DNA of 64,000 nucleotides, taken from positions 4,712,001 through 4,776,000 of the forward strand of contig JBLDXI010000001.1 in NCBI GenBank assembly GCA_047495785.1. Reading direction: 5' to 3'. How positions within the stretch are numbered: position 1 is the stretch's first letter; every line of letters starts with the position of its first letter. This DNA is from Lepidodermella squamata. Taxonomy: Eukaryota; Animalia; Gastrotricha. Under the pieces are notes generated by a model, which saw only the letters and a list, made by a program, of their open reading frames with translations, was not told the origin of the DNA and did no database searches. The translations under genes and the position numbers were made by a program. Below, in pieces: positions 47,001 through 61,432 of the stretch.

Positions 47001-50000
47001 AAAAAACGATATTAATACATCTTCTCCAAGTTCTAATAAAATTTCAAAAATTTTAAAATTTCAAACTAGGAATAATTAAAAAATAATAAGTTTCAAGCAA
47101 TTGATGAATCACTAAAATTTTCAAATTTTGATTTTTCAAATTTGAAATTGAAAAAATAAGTAAATACTGAAAATTTCCGAAAAAAGCTCACATCGATCAT
47201 TTTTCGAATCAATTTGTTGAATTTCTCCCGGCCGCGTTCGTCACAGCTCGCTCCAACGGACCACGTGAGCGAGAAGAAGAAGAAACCTTCCAACCACGTG
47301 TTCAGGTCTTTTTCGCTCGGCCGCATGTCCTCGTTGGCGAAGCACTCCGAGAACTGGCAATCCATCAGATTCATCAAACTGTGCACGAGATTCGTGTCCG
47401 AAGTCGGCGAATGCTCTTTGATGCCAGCTCGGCGTAGCATCTCAATGCAAGGGTCGATAAAGCGTTCCATCATCTCCTGGACCAGGCGTTTGTGCCCATC
47501 GTTAAGGAGGGCTGGCCAATTTTTGAACCAGCTAGTCATCAGCGGGCGCCAGCCAAGCGAAGCCGGTTCCATGCTTTAGGGAGAATTGAAAATAATTTAT
47601 TAGAAAAGCTCATTAAATATTCCAACCATATATATTGACGCGCAAAATATTTCATTTTAAAAATCAAATTGAAATAAAAGTTTAAAAATCTTACTAGATC
47701 ATGCCGCAGCGTGACACAGTGGCTGGACTAGCAGCTTCAAGGTCCATCGGTTCGAAGATCAAATTGGTCGTATTGGCCAGTTGAATAATTTCACCGCTCA
47801 TTAGGCACAGCTTCTTGTTATCGTCCAACACCGTGTTCATGTTTTCAATCCAAATGGCATCGACTGGGCCGTCGAAAATCAGCCATTTGCGGTCGGGCGT
47901 CGTCGACGAGGCGAAGGCGCGGAAACTCACGGCCAAGATACCGTCGGACCACTCGTGCGAGACGGGGTCGAACTGACCGTACAGCTGGCCCATTGTAATA
48001 GATTTCGGGTTGATAATTGTCCATTGGCATTTGTTTTCATCCATCAATCCTAGAATAATCATACAAATTTAAAATTAAATTCAAAAATTCAAAAAATTCA
48101 AAATTTAACCGATTTTATACTTTTTGCGCAAAATTTATCGAAAATACGCTTTTTAATGAAAATTTTAAAATTCAACAAACTTTTAGAGCAGGAATAATTT
48201 TGTCAGATTTTTAGCCATTTTTACCTTTCTCATGAATGTCACCCAGAGCGGCACCCAGGGTGCGATAGGCGCTGGTCTTGCCACCAAACGGGTCGCCGAC
48301 AATCATGAAACCGTGTCGAACGAGCATCATCTCGTAAATCTGTTGGATCTTCTCCAAGAAGAACGGCGTACACTGCAAGTTCATCTTCAAACAATTCTCC
48401 TTGACTGACTCGTTGAGGACCTCGTAGTCGGGCGTCGGCAGGGTGATCCCAGGGAACAAATCCGAGGTGATACCGCGGAACAGCGGCAAGTCGTAGTTCA
48501 AAAACTTCGGCAGATTTACGTCGATAATTGATCGAAGCAGTAAAATATCTTCATTTTCATTCGGGTATTTCAGCTTCAAATTACCCGCCGCGATTAGCAC
48601 GGATTTGACAGCCCTCATGCCGTAGTCGTAATGGCTTTGGGATGACAGCTGCTCCGAGCATAACCGGTAGGTTGCGACGATTTTAACCGACAAAGGCCGG
48701 GCGTTTCGGAAGCCGCATGAGAACAGCTGAATTTCTGAGATCATCGCGTAATCTGGGACCATCATAGCCACAGGCCGGAATAGGGCTTTCAGGTTATCGG
48801 GGAGTTCGGACCGGCCGGCGTAGCCTGGGTTCATGGTGATGAACACGGCGCAGGTTGGGTCCAGTCGCAGGGTTGTGCCCTCGAAGAGCAGGGTTTCGGC
48901 TCCGGCGTTGATTGCGCGTTGGATGGTCAGGATTTGCTGGGCTACGACGGACAACACCTCGAGGTCGATGCGGTTGAACTCGTCGAAGCATGACCAAGCG
49001 CCGCAAGATGCGAGACCCTTGAAAAATTTACCTGGAAAAATTAAACACAAATTATTTCCACTTTAACATCAGCTTTCATCTTTTCTATGTCTTCTACTTT
49101 TTAATCAATTTTATTCGAATAATTAAAAATTTGAGGATTCAACTGGATCCGAGATCTTGCGTTCCTGCGAACTTGTCAATAAAAATTCCCAAAATTGGTC
49201 ATTAAATCCAGAAATAATATAAAAATAGCAAATCCTCAAAATTAGTTTTCAATTCCAACCAGTCAGAGCGAATTATTTTTAGAGAGGAAATTGCTATTCC
49301 GGAATTAGAGCATTCGAGGAAGTCTCGAGTTTGAACGGAAGTTCTCCACGTGAATTGCGAATCAAAAACTTGGAAACCCCGTTTTCTGAATGAAATTCGC
49401 TAAACAAAATAATCGATAAATCAGCGGTAAAACCGCAGCAATAATCAAATACCATTACTTCGGATTTTACCTATAAGAAATTCAAAATTCAATCCTAATT
49501 TCAAGTTGGAAGATAACAAAAAAATCCATATTATTCAAGAAAGAGAATTTGAAACAGAAATATGCCTGGCTTCAAAAGACACATTGCCCCAGGGCTAATA
49601 AAACCATAATAAACAGTTGCTATATTTTGAATAGAGTGCATAACGGGCAATATTTCGTCTCGTTCAAAGCATGCATTGAGCGCATAAATTGCACTCGAAG
49701 ATACCTTATTTTAAGGTCGCACTTTAGGTCAAAAGAATTCGAAAAGAGCCTCAAGTTCAAATCTCTCAGAAATTTCATTCCACAGTTTTATAATTTTACA
49801 TCGATTTTTTATGCTATCATCTAGGAAAAGCTAGTTTGTGTCTTCTCTCAGCCTATTTAACCATAATTTCGAAGTAATATAAGGCGAGTCTGGAATTTCA
49901 TACCTAGCTTTCGGAACCATTGAAATGTCGAATTTTTAAATTGAATATTATTTATGTAAATTCTCAAATTTTCACGGGATTTCGTCCCTTGAAATAATTT

Positions 50001-53000
50001 TATAATAATTATATAGCAAAATTTGCAAGAATTTCTACAATTTTCAATTTTTTAATCGCAGAGGGGAGATTTATTCTGAATTTTTATATTGATTTAATAG
50101 CTCAGCTCTCTTGCTATTCATAATCTATGGGAGATTTCAAAAACTCACCAAGGGCGATGTAATCCAAGCCATCTGAGCAGTTGAACACAACGCACTGCTT
50201 CGCCACAGCCTTCGCCAAATCCTTAGTCGTCTCGGTCTTGCCCGTACCGGCCGGTCCCTCGGGCGCACCGCCCAGGTACAACTGCAGCGCGCCGAACAGC
50301 GTTCGGTAGCACCGATCAGTCAACGGCGTGATGACCAAACGCGGCGAATTGCCCAAATACTCATAGCCATACTTGAGCATGGCATTGATCATTCGGGTGA
50401 CTAACACGCCGTCCTCCCAGTAGTACCGCAACTGGCACAGCCACTTGAAATCAAGCTCAGAATCAATTTTCTGCACGACCAAATCAGCGAGCACATCGCG
50501 AGCGTGAACGTCGAGTACAATCAACGCCTGCAACGTGGTCCTCGCATTCTTCGACAACTGCCCGCGAACTAGCGTTACAATTTCATCGATTTGAGCGTTG
50601 TTAAGCTCAAGAAATTCCTTCATCGAATCGCCGCCCTCGCGGATGGCCCGGTGAACATCGGCGGTCCAGAATTTTTGCGACACGCAGAGAACGGCCTGAC
50701 CCGGCCAATTTCGTACCCATTCACGCCGCGGCGTTTCCATGTACATTTCAATCGACTCGGCGACGACCTTCTGCAGGGATGAAAGCATGTCGCCCTCGAG
50801 TTCTAACAGCCACTTTTCGACCTGGCCGCGCGCTTTCGCCGTTGAGATGACGTCCTTCAACGGGACAACTTCACCCTCGGACGAGTTCATATGCGTGATT
50901 TCGAGCAGGTCCGTGAATACGACCTTGGCAATGCCTTCGAAGCACTTCTTCAAATGCGGCTGAACGCGAGTCGGGTCTTTTGTCTCGGACAAAATTTCGA
51001 GCAATTCGTCGTTTGACAGGAAGAAAAATCGCGGGAAGTACAGCCGTTTCTTCTCCAAGTAGTCGTTCAAACCCTTCTGGACCATTTCCAGCAATTCGTT
51101 ACATTTCTTCAATTTATCCAACATTTTATCGATTTTCGACACAGCAATCACGTGGCGATCGACAACGGACTGCTTCATAATGTCGCGCCACGTTTTGTCA
51201 ACTGTCGCGAATCTTCGCCCCTCCTCCGGCATTTGTGCCATGATATCTGGGCTCGAGAAGATCGGCTCGAGGTACAGCCAAGTCGCCTGGACCTTGAGCC
51301 ATTCGTCCAAAATGTCCTGAATTAGGACAAGTCGAGTTTCCCAGTCTTTGATTTCATTTTCGAAGGGCTTGATGAACGGCGAGCCTCGCATTGTTTGCGT
51401 CCTAACGATGTGGTCGTCCAATATCAGTTGAATTTCATCAACAGCTGATAGAATGTAGGTACCAGAATCGCGGTAGGGCATTATTGTGAATTCAAGCGGG
51501 GCCCATTCTTTCTGCATTTTATCCATGGCCTTTTCGAGGCTGTACTCTTTCGATGCGGACTCGCTGATGGATTCCAGTTTTGGTATGAAGGATTCGAGCT
51601 TTTGTTCCAGCAGGTTCATTAGGTTCGTATGCTCGTCGGGCTTTATCGGCCGGCCGACTATGTCTGAGATTTGGTCCCAGTGGCGCTCGCGCAATCCGGG
51701 GTTGAACAGTGTTTGAATGATGGGTATATGCTCGCGGAAAGCTTCGACCTCAGCTCGGATCTAAATTCGATAAAAAAAATTACAGGTTCAATCATGCGTG
51801 AATTTCAGTTTTTCATCGTGATTTTTATCAAAATGTTTCCACAACAACGGCGCATAACTAACCTCTTTCCAATATCATACTTCAAAACAGACACGCTAGA
51901 ATAATTTTTATTTTGAGAAAATAATGCCTAAAGTTTTTGCAATTTTTTTAATTTTGCTATTCTTGAAAGAGAGATGCAAAAATTTTTTCTCAACCTTTTC
52001 TTTCCTTTCATATATTAAAATTTTCCCAATGGATGTTTAAACACCGGTGATAAACGTTTAACAAAGTGATCGTGTATTTTTACAACAAATAAACTCTACT
52101 CACCATTCATTTAGCCTTTAAACTAGCATTTTAAACGATTTATTCATTTACCCAGAAATTGTAAATTTTCAAAAAAATACCTTGGTTGCGATCCTTTTAG
52201 CTGATGGAATCGAATCGAAAGCCTTCTCGAGCTTGAACATGGTTCGGTAGAAATTGCCGACCTCTTGATCGACCACATCCGGGTTGACCGAGGACATAGG
52301 TCCCTCAGACCACTCCTTCGATTTCGTCTTCCAATCCAAGGTCATTTCATACAACTGAAGGTAAGGCCTCAATACGCCCAGAACTTGGCCTCGTTGCGGG
52401 TATTGCGTAGTCTCCCACCCGAAAGCTTCCTCCTCAGAGTTGAACTGCTCGATTTTCTCCTGAGCTTGTTGCAACTTGCCATCTAGGGCCTGCGCTTTCT
52501 TTAAATACTTGGAAATCTCCGTCAGATCACCCAAAATTTGGAATTCATCCACTTGACGCGCGTAACCCTCCAATTCTTCGATAAATCGATCGCGTCGGTA
52601 TCGCAGCTGTTCTTCGTACTGAATTCGCTTTTCGGCATAATTCGATCGCGATGTCTCGAAAATTGAAGTCAAACGGCCGTGCCACAAAAATGGCTCGGCA
52701 TTGTGGCGCAAATCAGCCGCGGAAAATTGCGCGTGATCTACGATGAACTTCAGCTGATCCCTTGCCTCTACCAACTGATGTTCAATTTCGAGTTGGGTCG
52801 TCTTCTCAAATTTATCAACAAACGACTTCAAATCCATCAATTCAGCAGTGTTGGCTGGGATTGACATTGCTCGTTCTGCGAATTGTTCGTACTGATCGCA
52901 AATCGCTTTATTCATTGCGAGATGGTCCTGACAAACGCGGTTCAGCAGCATTTGGCACAAAGTTTCAGCTCGCTTTGTCAGAGCTCGAATCAATTCATCG

Positions 53001-54731
53001 CAGTGAACTTCAAACATGCCAATTCTCACGACTTTGATTGATTTGTACTGAATTTCATCGGTTAGCTTCTTGTAGCGTTCGATTTCGTTGCAATACTCGT
53101 CGAAAGTGTGCATGTCTTGTAGGAATTTTTCGACCTCTTTTTCGGCCTGGCGAGAAATGAGGCGGGCATATTTGTTGTAGACGATGGCGTGGTTGACCGG
53201 GCCTACGCTTTCCATTTTTATGAGTTCACGAAGCCGCAGCTTATGGCCATCGATGATGTGGGGCAGAATGATAGGTGTCAACATTTTCTCACCACCGGTC
53301 CAATCGGGCAGCAGGCGAGTTTCAAGCCTCGGCAAAATTCCGACAGCTTTTATCAACGTGTCGTACGTTGCTAGTAGGACGATTTCGAATTCTTCAAACG
53401 TAGGCTCGTATTTAATTTGCGTTTCCTCAAGTAGCAACCGGATCACCAATCCTGAGTGCTCAAAAGCTCGAGTTGACTCTGGTGGTCGAATCAGCAAATT
53501 CGAATAGTCTTGCATCGACTTCAGGCCCAATTGCTGCATGATCAGAGTCATCGCTGAAGCGGCGCAATTGAAGAAACCTTGTAATCTAGTCGCTTCACGA
53601 TTTGATGGCAACAACTTGCGTTTACCGCCTTGGTAGAAGAGCTGCTGAACCTCGGCGTACCATTTCTTAATAAGCCGCTCTTTGCCTTTGTCGATTTGGC
53701 GCATGCACATGCTCTGGAATGAATTCAATTCCATTGCTTCGGTTTTCTCGTGAAATTGCTCGGCATCGATGAGTTTCAAATCATTATAAGCCGTGTTCCA
53801 AATGATAGGAAGCTGTCTGATGCAAGGATTGATGACGTGGAGGTGCTTGTCAATAAATAGACAAGCTTGCTTGAACTGCCGATTCCATGGCTTTGGAATC
53901 ACTTCGATTTCCTGACGATGTGAAGGAATAACTACTTCGGCATCCTCAGGACGCTCACGAGGGTCTTTGAGAACAAAATCAACTATCGCTTTCTTGACAG
54001 AAAGTAAATAGTCTTCTCGCATTTCTCCGCAGAGCATGTCGATAGATCGTTCTCTTCCATCTTGTAAGCTTTTCTTGATCAGAGCCATGACACCGTCGAC
54101 CCACGATTGCTCCAGTGGGGCCACATGCCGCGTATCAACGCCATGATGGATATAGTAGTAATAACGCATGATATCGCGTTCTGCAGCTGTCGGCGACAAG
54201 CTTCTTAGCTCTGGAAGTGAAGCACCGGCAGGTCCTCCAGCAGTTAACGCTTCGGTAGGATGGCCATCTGATTCATCAGTACTGATAATATAAATCGTTT
54301 AACGTAATTTGTTGTTTGCAAGCATTTATCTTACAGAATAATCTCAACTAGAGCTTTACGGAAGTCTTCGCGAGCTTTTCGGGCATCCAGAAATTCCTTC
54401 TTAACGGCTGGATCCGCAGTGGATTTCTTCGAAACCTTGGCTTGAACTGGAGGAATGGGAAGATCATCCAACTGGCTTCTTTTAGCCTCTGAAAATGGCA
54501 CCATTTAATATTCAGCTGGAATTCTTTCATAATATTCTTACTTTCAAGATAGTCATTCGCAAACTTCATCTCCTGACTTTTGTTCGCATCAGTCAGCTGA
54601 AAAGATGGCACGGTTACCTGCCATTCGGGCTTGATCTTCTTGTCGGGCAATTGAGGAAGGAACCTGATGGGTTCTTTCACTCGCTTGCCCTTGTTCACCG
54701 CCCCGGCAAGGGCGGGTCGATCACCTGACAT
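35085..54731 (-). CDS. DNAH7: Axonemal inner-arm dynein heavy chain 7 (multi-exon)
   Basis: P-loops [32 protein letters not shown]; [13 protein letters not shown] linker; stalk coiled coil; N-terminal [12 protein letters not shown] and C-terminal RGVALLCQL as recalled for DNAH7; first-exon structure approximate. Confidence 0.92.
38380..38752. repeat. Intronic cluster of ~14 GATC/TTTGATCA motifs
   Basis: Counted by eye over ~370 bp of a dynein intron. Confidence 0.7.
44240..44685. repeat. Diverged ~250-bp tandem duplication upstream of the nested gene
   Basis: CTAATTACCC, TTGTCCTCAGC.AGTTTGAATAAACA, ACAAGCTTA, AAAATATTTGA.CAG.AGC.ACCAA.TGCGAAA each occur twice, ~240-250 bp apart. Confidence 0.8.
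44787..45060 (+). CDS. Nested antisense gene: 70-aa secreted 4-Cys prepropeptide (exons 44787-44819, 44881-45060)
   Basis: TATAAAA 44695; [11 protein letters not shown]|[59 protein letters not shown]; 61-bp GT-AG intron with pyrimidine tract; AATAAA 45165; GC-rich island within an AT-rich intron. Confidence 0.85.
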
Positions 54732-57293
54732 AACCTTATGCTAATAATACCAATCGAGTGTGGTAAGACACAGTCTTAGCGATTGCATTACGTTGGGCCT
54801 ACAAGGACCAGATGGGTCGTCGTCAAGCAAGCCAGTTGTTATAAAAAAATATATTATTACAAAATAACATATAGCGTTAATAATAAACTATAAGCTTGAT
54901 AAAAATTATTAACAGTCAAAAAAAATTTAGAGAGTTTGTGCGGGAAAATTTCAAATTTTTTGAGAAAGCAGGCCGTGCGGGTGGTAGCGTGTGATGCTTC
55001 GTACGGCCCCAGCTGATGCTTGTTTGTTTGTATGCTTGTGAATTCGCATTAATTTTGTTTGAAAATACTGGTGCCCTAGTTTTCATCTATTGTGTATCAA
55101 CATTTCGAATGATAAAAGATTTCTAAGATGGGACTCTCTGCCCCACCTCCTTCCCATTCATCTACTGCTGTTGCTGTTTTCTCCTACTACACCTTTCCTG
55201 TCCTAAATCTGAACTCGTCCTGCAATTATATGTTGTTTTCCTTAATATTGTCAAGCTACCCTCACTTGGGCGTATGAGATTTCAAGTAAATAAAAAATTG
55301 CGACGACTCTGTATCTGATCACTCATTAGCTAAAAGCTAAAGTTTCCTCTGCGTACTTTCTCCTGCAAACTTGCTAAGCGTTCGGTATATTTTTATATTT
55401 CTCTGATATAATTTTAAGCCTTCGTTATCTTGACCATATTTATTCAGCTTCGTATCAATTTTGTCCGTGGCTCCGAATGATGCTCCCTCGGTGCTTGGTG
55501 ATGTCACAAGACTATAAACTTTCATTATATCGCAGCTTTCGGGCAAAACAGGAATGTTTCCAAAACCCATTGTCAAAAATAGACCATGCTAATTTCCACA
55601 AGGCTTCGGCATCCAAACGAAGGCGCTAGGAAGATAAGCACTGAACAGTTAGCTAGAATTCCAATGCCATATTCTCAGCGATCAATAATATTAGCGCTCT
55701 AATTGAAGAGATGGCGTTTCTTTTTGCTTTTTTGTTCATATTTAAAAAATATGAGATTCCATCTGAGATGCGAGGCACCTTAAAGCTTATTGTATAATAA
55801 ATTGCCTAAAAATCTCCATCTATTGAGGGGATAATCAAGTTTTAACGTGAAAGGCACCTTCAAGGTAGCTGACAGGTGTGTCTCAAATCGAAAAAATCTA
55901 TTCCATACCGCGGTTGGAGTATCCATATATTTTCGCTGAAAATTTCGATTAAATTGTTAATATTTCAGGGTTAAATATTTAATCGGGCAATCGACATGTG
56001 TTGGGTTATTTCGAGCCGTGTTTTCTGTTCTGGCTTTTTTCGATACAATGCCAGCGATAGGCGCACGACTTTTGGTCTCAATAACGTGGCCTATTTGCCT
56101 ATAAATAATGTATAAAATTTAATTGCATATTTATTTTTGCATTGTGGCCCGCCGCCGTGCGCGTCTCTTCGTGTGATAAACACCGCATAATTAATTCTTT
56201 TCGTAAACTTCCGCTTTTCACAAGCCGACAAGGTTTATCGTACTGGATTTATCTCACAAAACACTTGGCATTTTAAGACCAATCCAAGCCGGCTTATTTT
56301 TTTCAGCTTGCCCCTTTGCACCGGCTATTTAGGGTTAATAGCATGGCTTTTGATGAGACTGGCGACGTTTCACACGCGCACGTACACATGAGTGAATAGG
56401 CCCGTGAATCGCCCATTAAGACGTTGAACAGCAACAATGTGGATTGGTTTGAATGCGCGGCTGCGTCGAGTTCAAAGCGTTGAACAAGGTCATCGCTTGC
56501 TTTGAACGTCGTGGTACCTGCATCCGGCTGCAGGATGAAAAGCCGGCGGCTTGAGTCACATGACAAAGCAAGATAGCACATGCACAGTGCGCTTGTGCAC
56601 AACGTAATATAGAAGTATTGTACAAAAGCGCATGAGAAATGCAACCTAACCTAACTAATACGTGTTATATGTGAAATTTCAGACAAGAGTGCTTAATTAA
56701 ACCAAAACGCGTGCGTAACATGCTCGATTGATAACAGTGTGGTATAAAAGCGTTCACCCGATTTGCAAACGTACTCCAGCAGCATAACTGAACTGTTATC
56801 AGATAACCGTATTAGATATTCGCACTAAATGCAACATGTTTTACAGTGTATATCTAACTAGAACTTGGCGTTATTTAAAGCATTTTTCTAACGGCGCTTT
56901 GGTCTGCTATGCCAGCTGAGTGTTCAAATTCGGACGGTATGTTGTTATCTTTTGTCATCAATTATTTTTGCCATCGGAAAATCGAGTACACCGTCGGCTC
57001 GAGTCCTAAAAACTTCCAAATCGCACTTGTGCACTCATCAAGTACTGAGTAATTAAAATACCACCTGACGTCGTGTTGATGTCAGGTACGGGCGGGGTCG
57101 AGGCGCAAGGGGCACAAAAAACACCTTGTCCTGCGCCGTGTTTTTTCGAAAGATAAGACGAGAAATGCTTCACGCACTTATCTCTTCCGTATACCAGCTC
57201 GCACTTTCTATCCCATAGTACTGTTACTTTTTTCGGTTTTGAATGCATCATACCAGAATTTGACACTCTTTTTCTCGTACGGGAAATTTTGCC

Positions 57294-60200
57294 ATGTTTT
57301 TGAAACGATTTGGCCGGCGCCGTTCGTCGAATGAAAGCGTTGAACCGCCGAAAAAATCGAATAATAACACGCCTAGTAATTTTTACAATTTTCCAGAATT
57401 TTCTTCTAATCTGTTCCGATTTTTTCCCTATTCAGCTCATGCTCTGGAAGATTGGGACGTGGTGAATTTGAATGATTTGCCTTGCCCCGAGTGTATACTA
57501 CCGAATGGCCGTGAATCAGCGTCGAACCATGCGACTCATTTGCAAAATCGACTTAATGAGCAGAAGTCGGCGATGTTACCGCGCTCGAGTGGTTCTGTCG
57601 GGTCAAAGTCCTTGTTTTCAAATTTTGCGACCCGGTTAGCTCGTGCGTTTGGCGGTTCTAGCTCGAGTATGAACAACGCGGCTAGTTCGGATCGCGAGCT
57701 GAATTATGCGGCCAATTACGGCCAATTCGAAGCTAGTCGACGGCGGCATCACAGCTCAGACCATGGCAATCTGAGCCGGCCGCCGCTTTCGCCGAGTGCG
57801 ATATTCGCGGCCTCGGTTATTGCCGATTATGGCCGGCCGAGGCAATTGTCCGTTTCGGATTTGACAAATTTTATGGACCACCAAGGCTGTATCACTATGC
57901 GGTCAGAATTAAAACGGGCTGTATTCGAAAAAGGTTAGAAAAAGCTTGAATAATATGATATTTTGAATTTTAAAAATTTCTAAACTTTGTTTCTTGAATT
58001 TTTGAATTTTTTTTGAATTTGACTTCTTGAATTTTGGTTAGGAATTCAACCTTCTTTGCGCCGAATGTTATGGCCAATGTTGCTAAATGTTTACCCGCCA
58101 GCGATGAATCAAAACGAGCGTTCCGCTTGGATGAAGCGGCGAACCGTCGAATATCAGCACCTGCGAAGTGAATGGCAGAATTTGCTGGTCGACCACGGCC
58201 CGGGCGGGCCAGTTCGCGGAACCAGCTATGTGAGGTCGAAATTCGGCCGCAGTTGCTTTTCGGTTCCGAGTCGCAACGCACCGACTGGGCCTGCCTCAGA
58301 ATGCGGCCATGACACGTCTTATTTACGCTCCATTGTTTGCGCAGTCCGAAAAGACGCAATTCGTAAGTAGAATTTTTCAAAATTTCAAATTTTAAAATAA
58401 TTATAGAAAGTTTTGAAATTTTTCTCAAATTTTCTTATTGATTTTTTTTGCGATTTGTAGGTACTGATCGGACGCATTCAATGTTCGCTGCTGAGGACAG
58501 TCCCTGGACAACTGCCCTGTTCAACCTGTTAGTAACCTACGCGTTCGCACATCCCTCGATCGGCTATTGCCAGGGCATGTCCGACCTCGCCTCGCCGCTC
58601 CTCGTCGTCATGCAAGACGAGGCGACGGCCTACGTGTGCTTCTGCGCGCTCATGGTGCGAATGCGGCGCCATTTTTCGCCCAGCGACGACTCGTCGGTGG
58701 CGTCCAAGTTCAGCGTACTAGCGTTGCTGCTCAGGCACTACTGCCCGAAATTGCACCACTTTTTAGCGACTCAAGGTGCCGACGACTTACTTTTCGCCTA
58801 TCGATGGCTATTTTTAGGTGAGTACTAATTTACGACGGCAGAGCTTGAGAAAAGAAATTTTTAGTTTTCGAAAAAGATGAAGAAATTCTGACTTCGAATT
58901 TTTGATAAACAGTTTTTATTCAATATTCAAAATGGAAAAAAATCGAATTTTCAGAAATGTCAAATTTTATCTTGAATGTCTTTATTATTTGAATTATTCG
59001 AAATTTTTCGAACTTCATGTCGAATTTCTCATTTTTCCATCTTTATTCGAAATTTAATAATTTTCTATCTTCGTTTATTCGAGAATTAAATTTGATTTTA
59101 TTTTCAGAAATGAAGCGTGAATTTCCGCTGGACGATTGTGCCCGCATCATGGAAGTAATCTGGTCAGCCGTGCCCGACCAGTACTGGCACCAGGGTTCTA
59201 GCGGGGACCTGCCCCTAGCCGAACCCGACTACCGCCGCCGGGCCTCAGTCCTAACCGGGGCTGCAAATGACGAGAAAACGCCAACCAGCGATGCTGAATC
59301 GACAACCAGCACCACAGAACCGCCCCTATTCGAACCGACCCCAAGCACATCGAACCCAACGCCGCCCCGGCGACTCATCAGCTGCGCCACAGCCGCGAGA
59401 TGCGGCAGCCACCACGGCTCCCACCTCCGAGGCCTCATTTCGTCCTCCCTCCTGCACCTGCCCACAGCGCATCGCGCGAACTCGGACTGTTCAATCGGCG
59501 GAACGGCGTCCCGTCACGCGTCGTCCCTCGCCTCAGCGACTCTAACCGCCTCGGTGGGGCCGTTCACGCGGCTGCAGCACCGCAATCTGCTCGCCACGCT
59601 GAGCGCGAGCCGGCAAACCTGCTGCCCGACGGCTTCGTTCCAGAACTTGATTTCAAGCAACGAAAAGTCTCTGCCGGTTTCGGCTGGCGGCGCGGGCGGC
59701 AGTTTCCGCCTGCCGACGATTTCGTCATCGAAGCGCAACCGGCCGCGGAAACGGCGCACCTCGTTCCCGCCGGTTGAAAACTCGGTCGAGAGACCGAAGC
59801 CTAAGCACGACTCGGAGAACGCGGTGTTAACGTCGAGTTCAGCCGAGTATGACGTCTCGACGTCCGAGTACGGCGGCGACGAGGAGGAGCTAGGGTCGAG
59901 TTCCAGCTCGGTCGAGTCGCCCATCGCCCGGAATCCGAACCTACCGTCGGATTTCACCGGGTCTCTCCTGACCGTTCCGGTTCCTTTGTCGGCGGCGTCT
60001 GATAACGGCTGCGAATCCGGGTGTTCCACGACGCAGCCGTCGAATTTGGTTGAAAGCCCCGTGATGTTGACGCCGTTGAACATTGCGGCTGGGTCGTCGA
60101 CGGCCACGTCCGGGCATAGCAACTTGGGTGCGGGTGACAGCAGCAACGACCAAGCGCAGCCGCTTGTGATAGACATCCCTCCGGTGACACTTCAAGGCGA

Positions 60201-61432
60201 TGTCAACAACTCGAGTCAGTGTTCTCTCGGTGAAGAAGCTATTCTTGGTATGTTGTAATTTTCAATATTCATTTCTCACTATTTTTCCGAATTTTATTTG
60301 AAAATTCGAAATAACTCGGAATATCCAAAAATCAATAATTTATAAAAGATTTGGAAAAAATTGCGAAGGCTAGTATTTTTTCAAAATTTCGTGATTTTTA
60401 TCGATTTACCATATCTAATTATTACCTTCAGCTTATTAAACTTTTCCATTTTATTGTGGCATATTTTCAAAATTCCGAACTTGAAATCGCTTTTGTTTCA
60501 AAGTTTCAGCTCATTATCCTTTTTTTTCCGAGAATTAGCAATTTTTGTATGGGAATAATCTAAAATGCATCGAAAATTTGAAATTTTAGTAAAATAATGA
60601 ATATTTCAAGTTACATTTTTTTTTAAATTTTGACTTCGAAAAAATGAAAAATATTTTTTGTCGTAACGTTGGAAATATTTAAATTATTTATTTTTTCAAT
60701 ATATTTTTAACTGATATAAATTTCGATTTTTTTTTTAAATTTGTAGCTACAAATGACGATGTTGCGATGGACGACACGTGCGAAGTAGCAACCGAAGCTA
60801 TTTTGTCGCCAACGCTCAACCCAACCGCGGCAGACTTCACCACCACCCGGCAATCTCAAAACAGCAATAACACCGCGGAAACAGACGCTGCGAGCGCCCA
60901 GCCGCCCGGCAGCATGGTGTCATCGCTAACAGCCGCCACGAGCACGTGCTTCCAATACGACTCTGGGCTGGTCACCACAAACCCGCCCAATTCGGAGCTC
61001 GTGTCCTCGGAGGACGAAGACGCGGAGCTGCCGGGCCTTCACGAACTCGGCGACTCGCCCTTCGTCGTGTTCGTCGCCCTCACCCTGCTGCTGCAACACC
61101 GCGACAAATTGGTGCAGCAGCACATGGACTACAACGAAATCCACATCTACTTCGACAAATTGGTGCGCAAACACAACGCGGACGCTGTGCTGAGCCAAGC
61201 GAGACGGCTGTACAACGCGTTTCTGCACGGCACCAGCGCGGGCAGCGCCGGTTCCAGCTCGGTTTCGTCGCGGTTTTCGCTGTTTGGTGCGAACAACCGG
61301 ACGCGCCGCCAGAAGTCGTCAGCCCGGTCCATGTCGACGATTGAGCGGTCGAAGCCGCGGCAGATCGCGTCGTCGCGCTCGAACACGGTGCTGCGGTCGT
61401 CGCCGATTTCCTCGCCCGATGCTGCCAGCTGA
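57294..61432 (+). CDS. TBC1D25: TBC1 domain family member 25-like Rab-GAP (multi-exon)
   Basis: LIR-like LEDWDVV; LLNVYP; KDAIRTDR arginine finger; YCQGMSDLASPLL glutamine finger; LLFAYRWLFL; C-terminal PFVVFVALTLLLQHRD...MDYNEI...VRKHN. Confidence 0.88.

Noticed and set aside
35089-53507. Many plus-strand ORFs antisense to dynein exons, and minus-strand ORFs over TBC1D25
   Set aside because: Shadow ORFs expected from GC-rich coding sequence; no independent gene signals.
55140-56650. Short ORFs between DNAH7 and TBC1D25
   Set aside because: No recognisable motifs or consistent splice signals.
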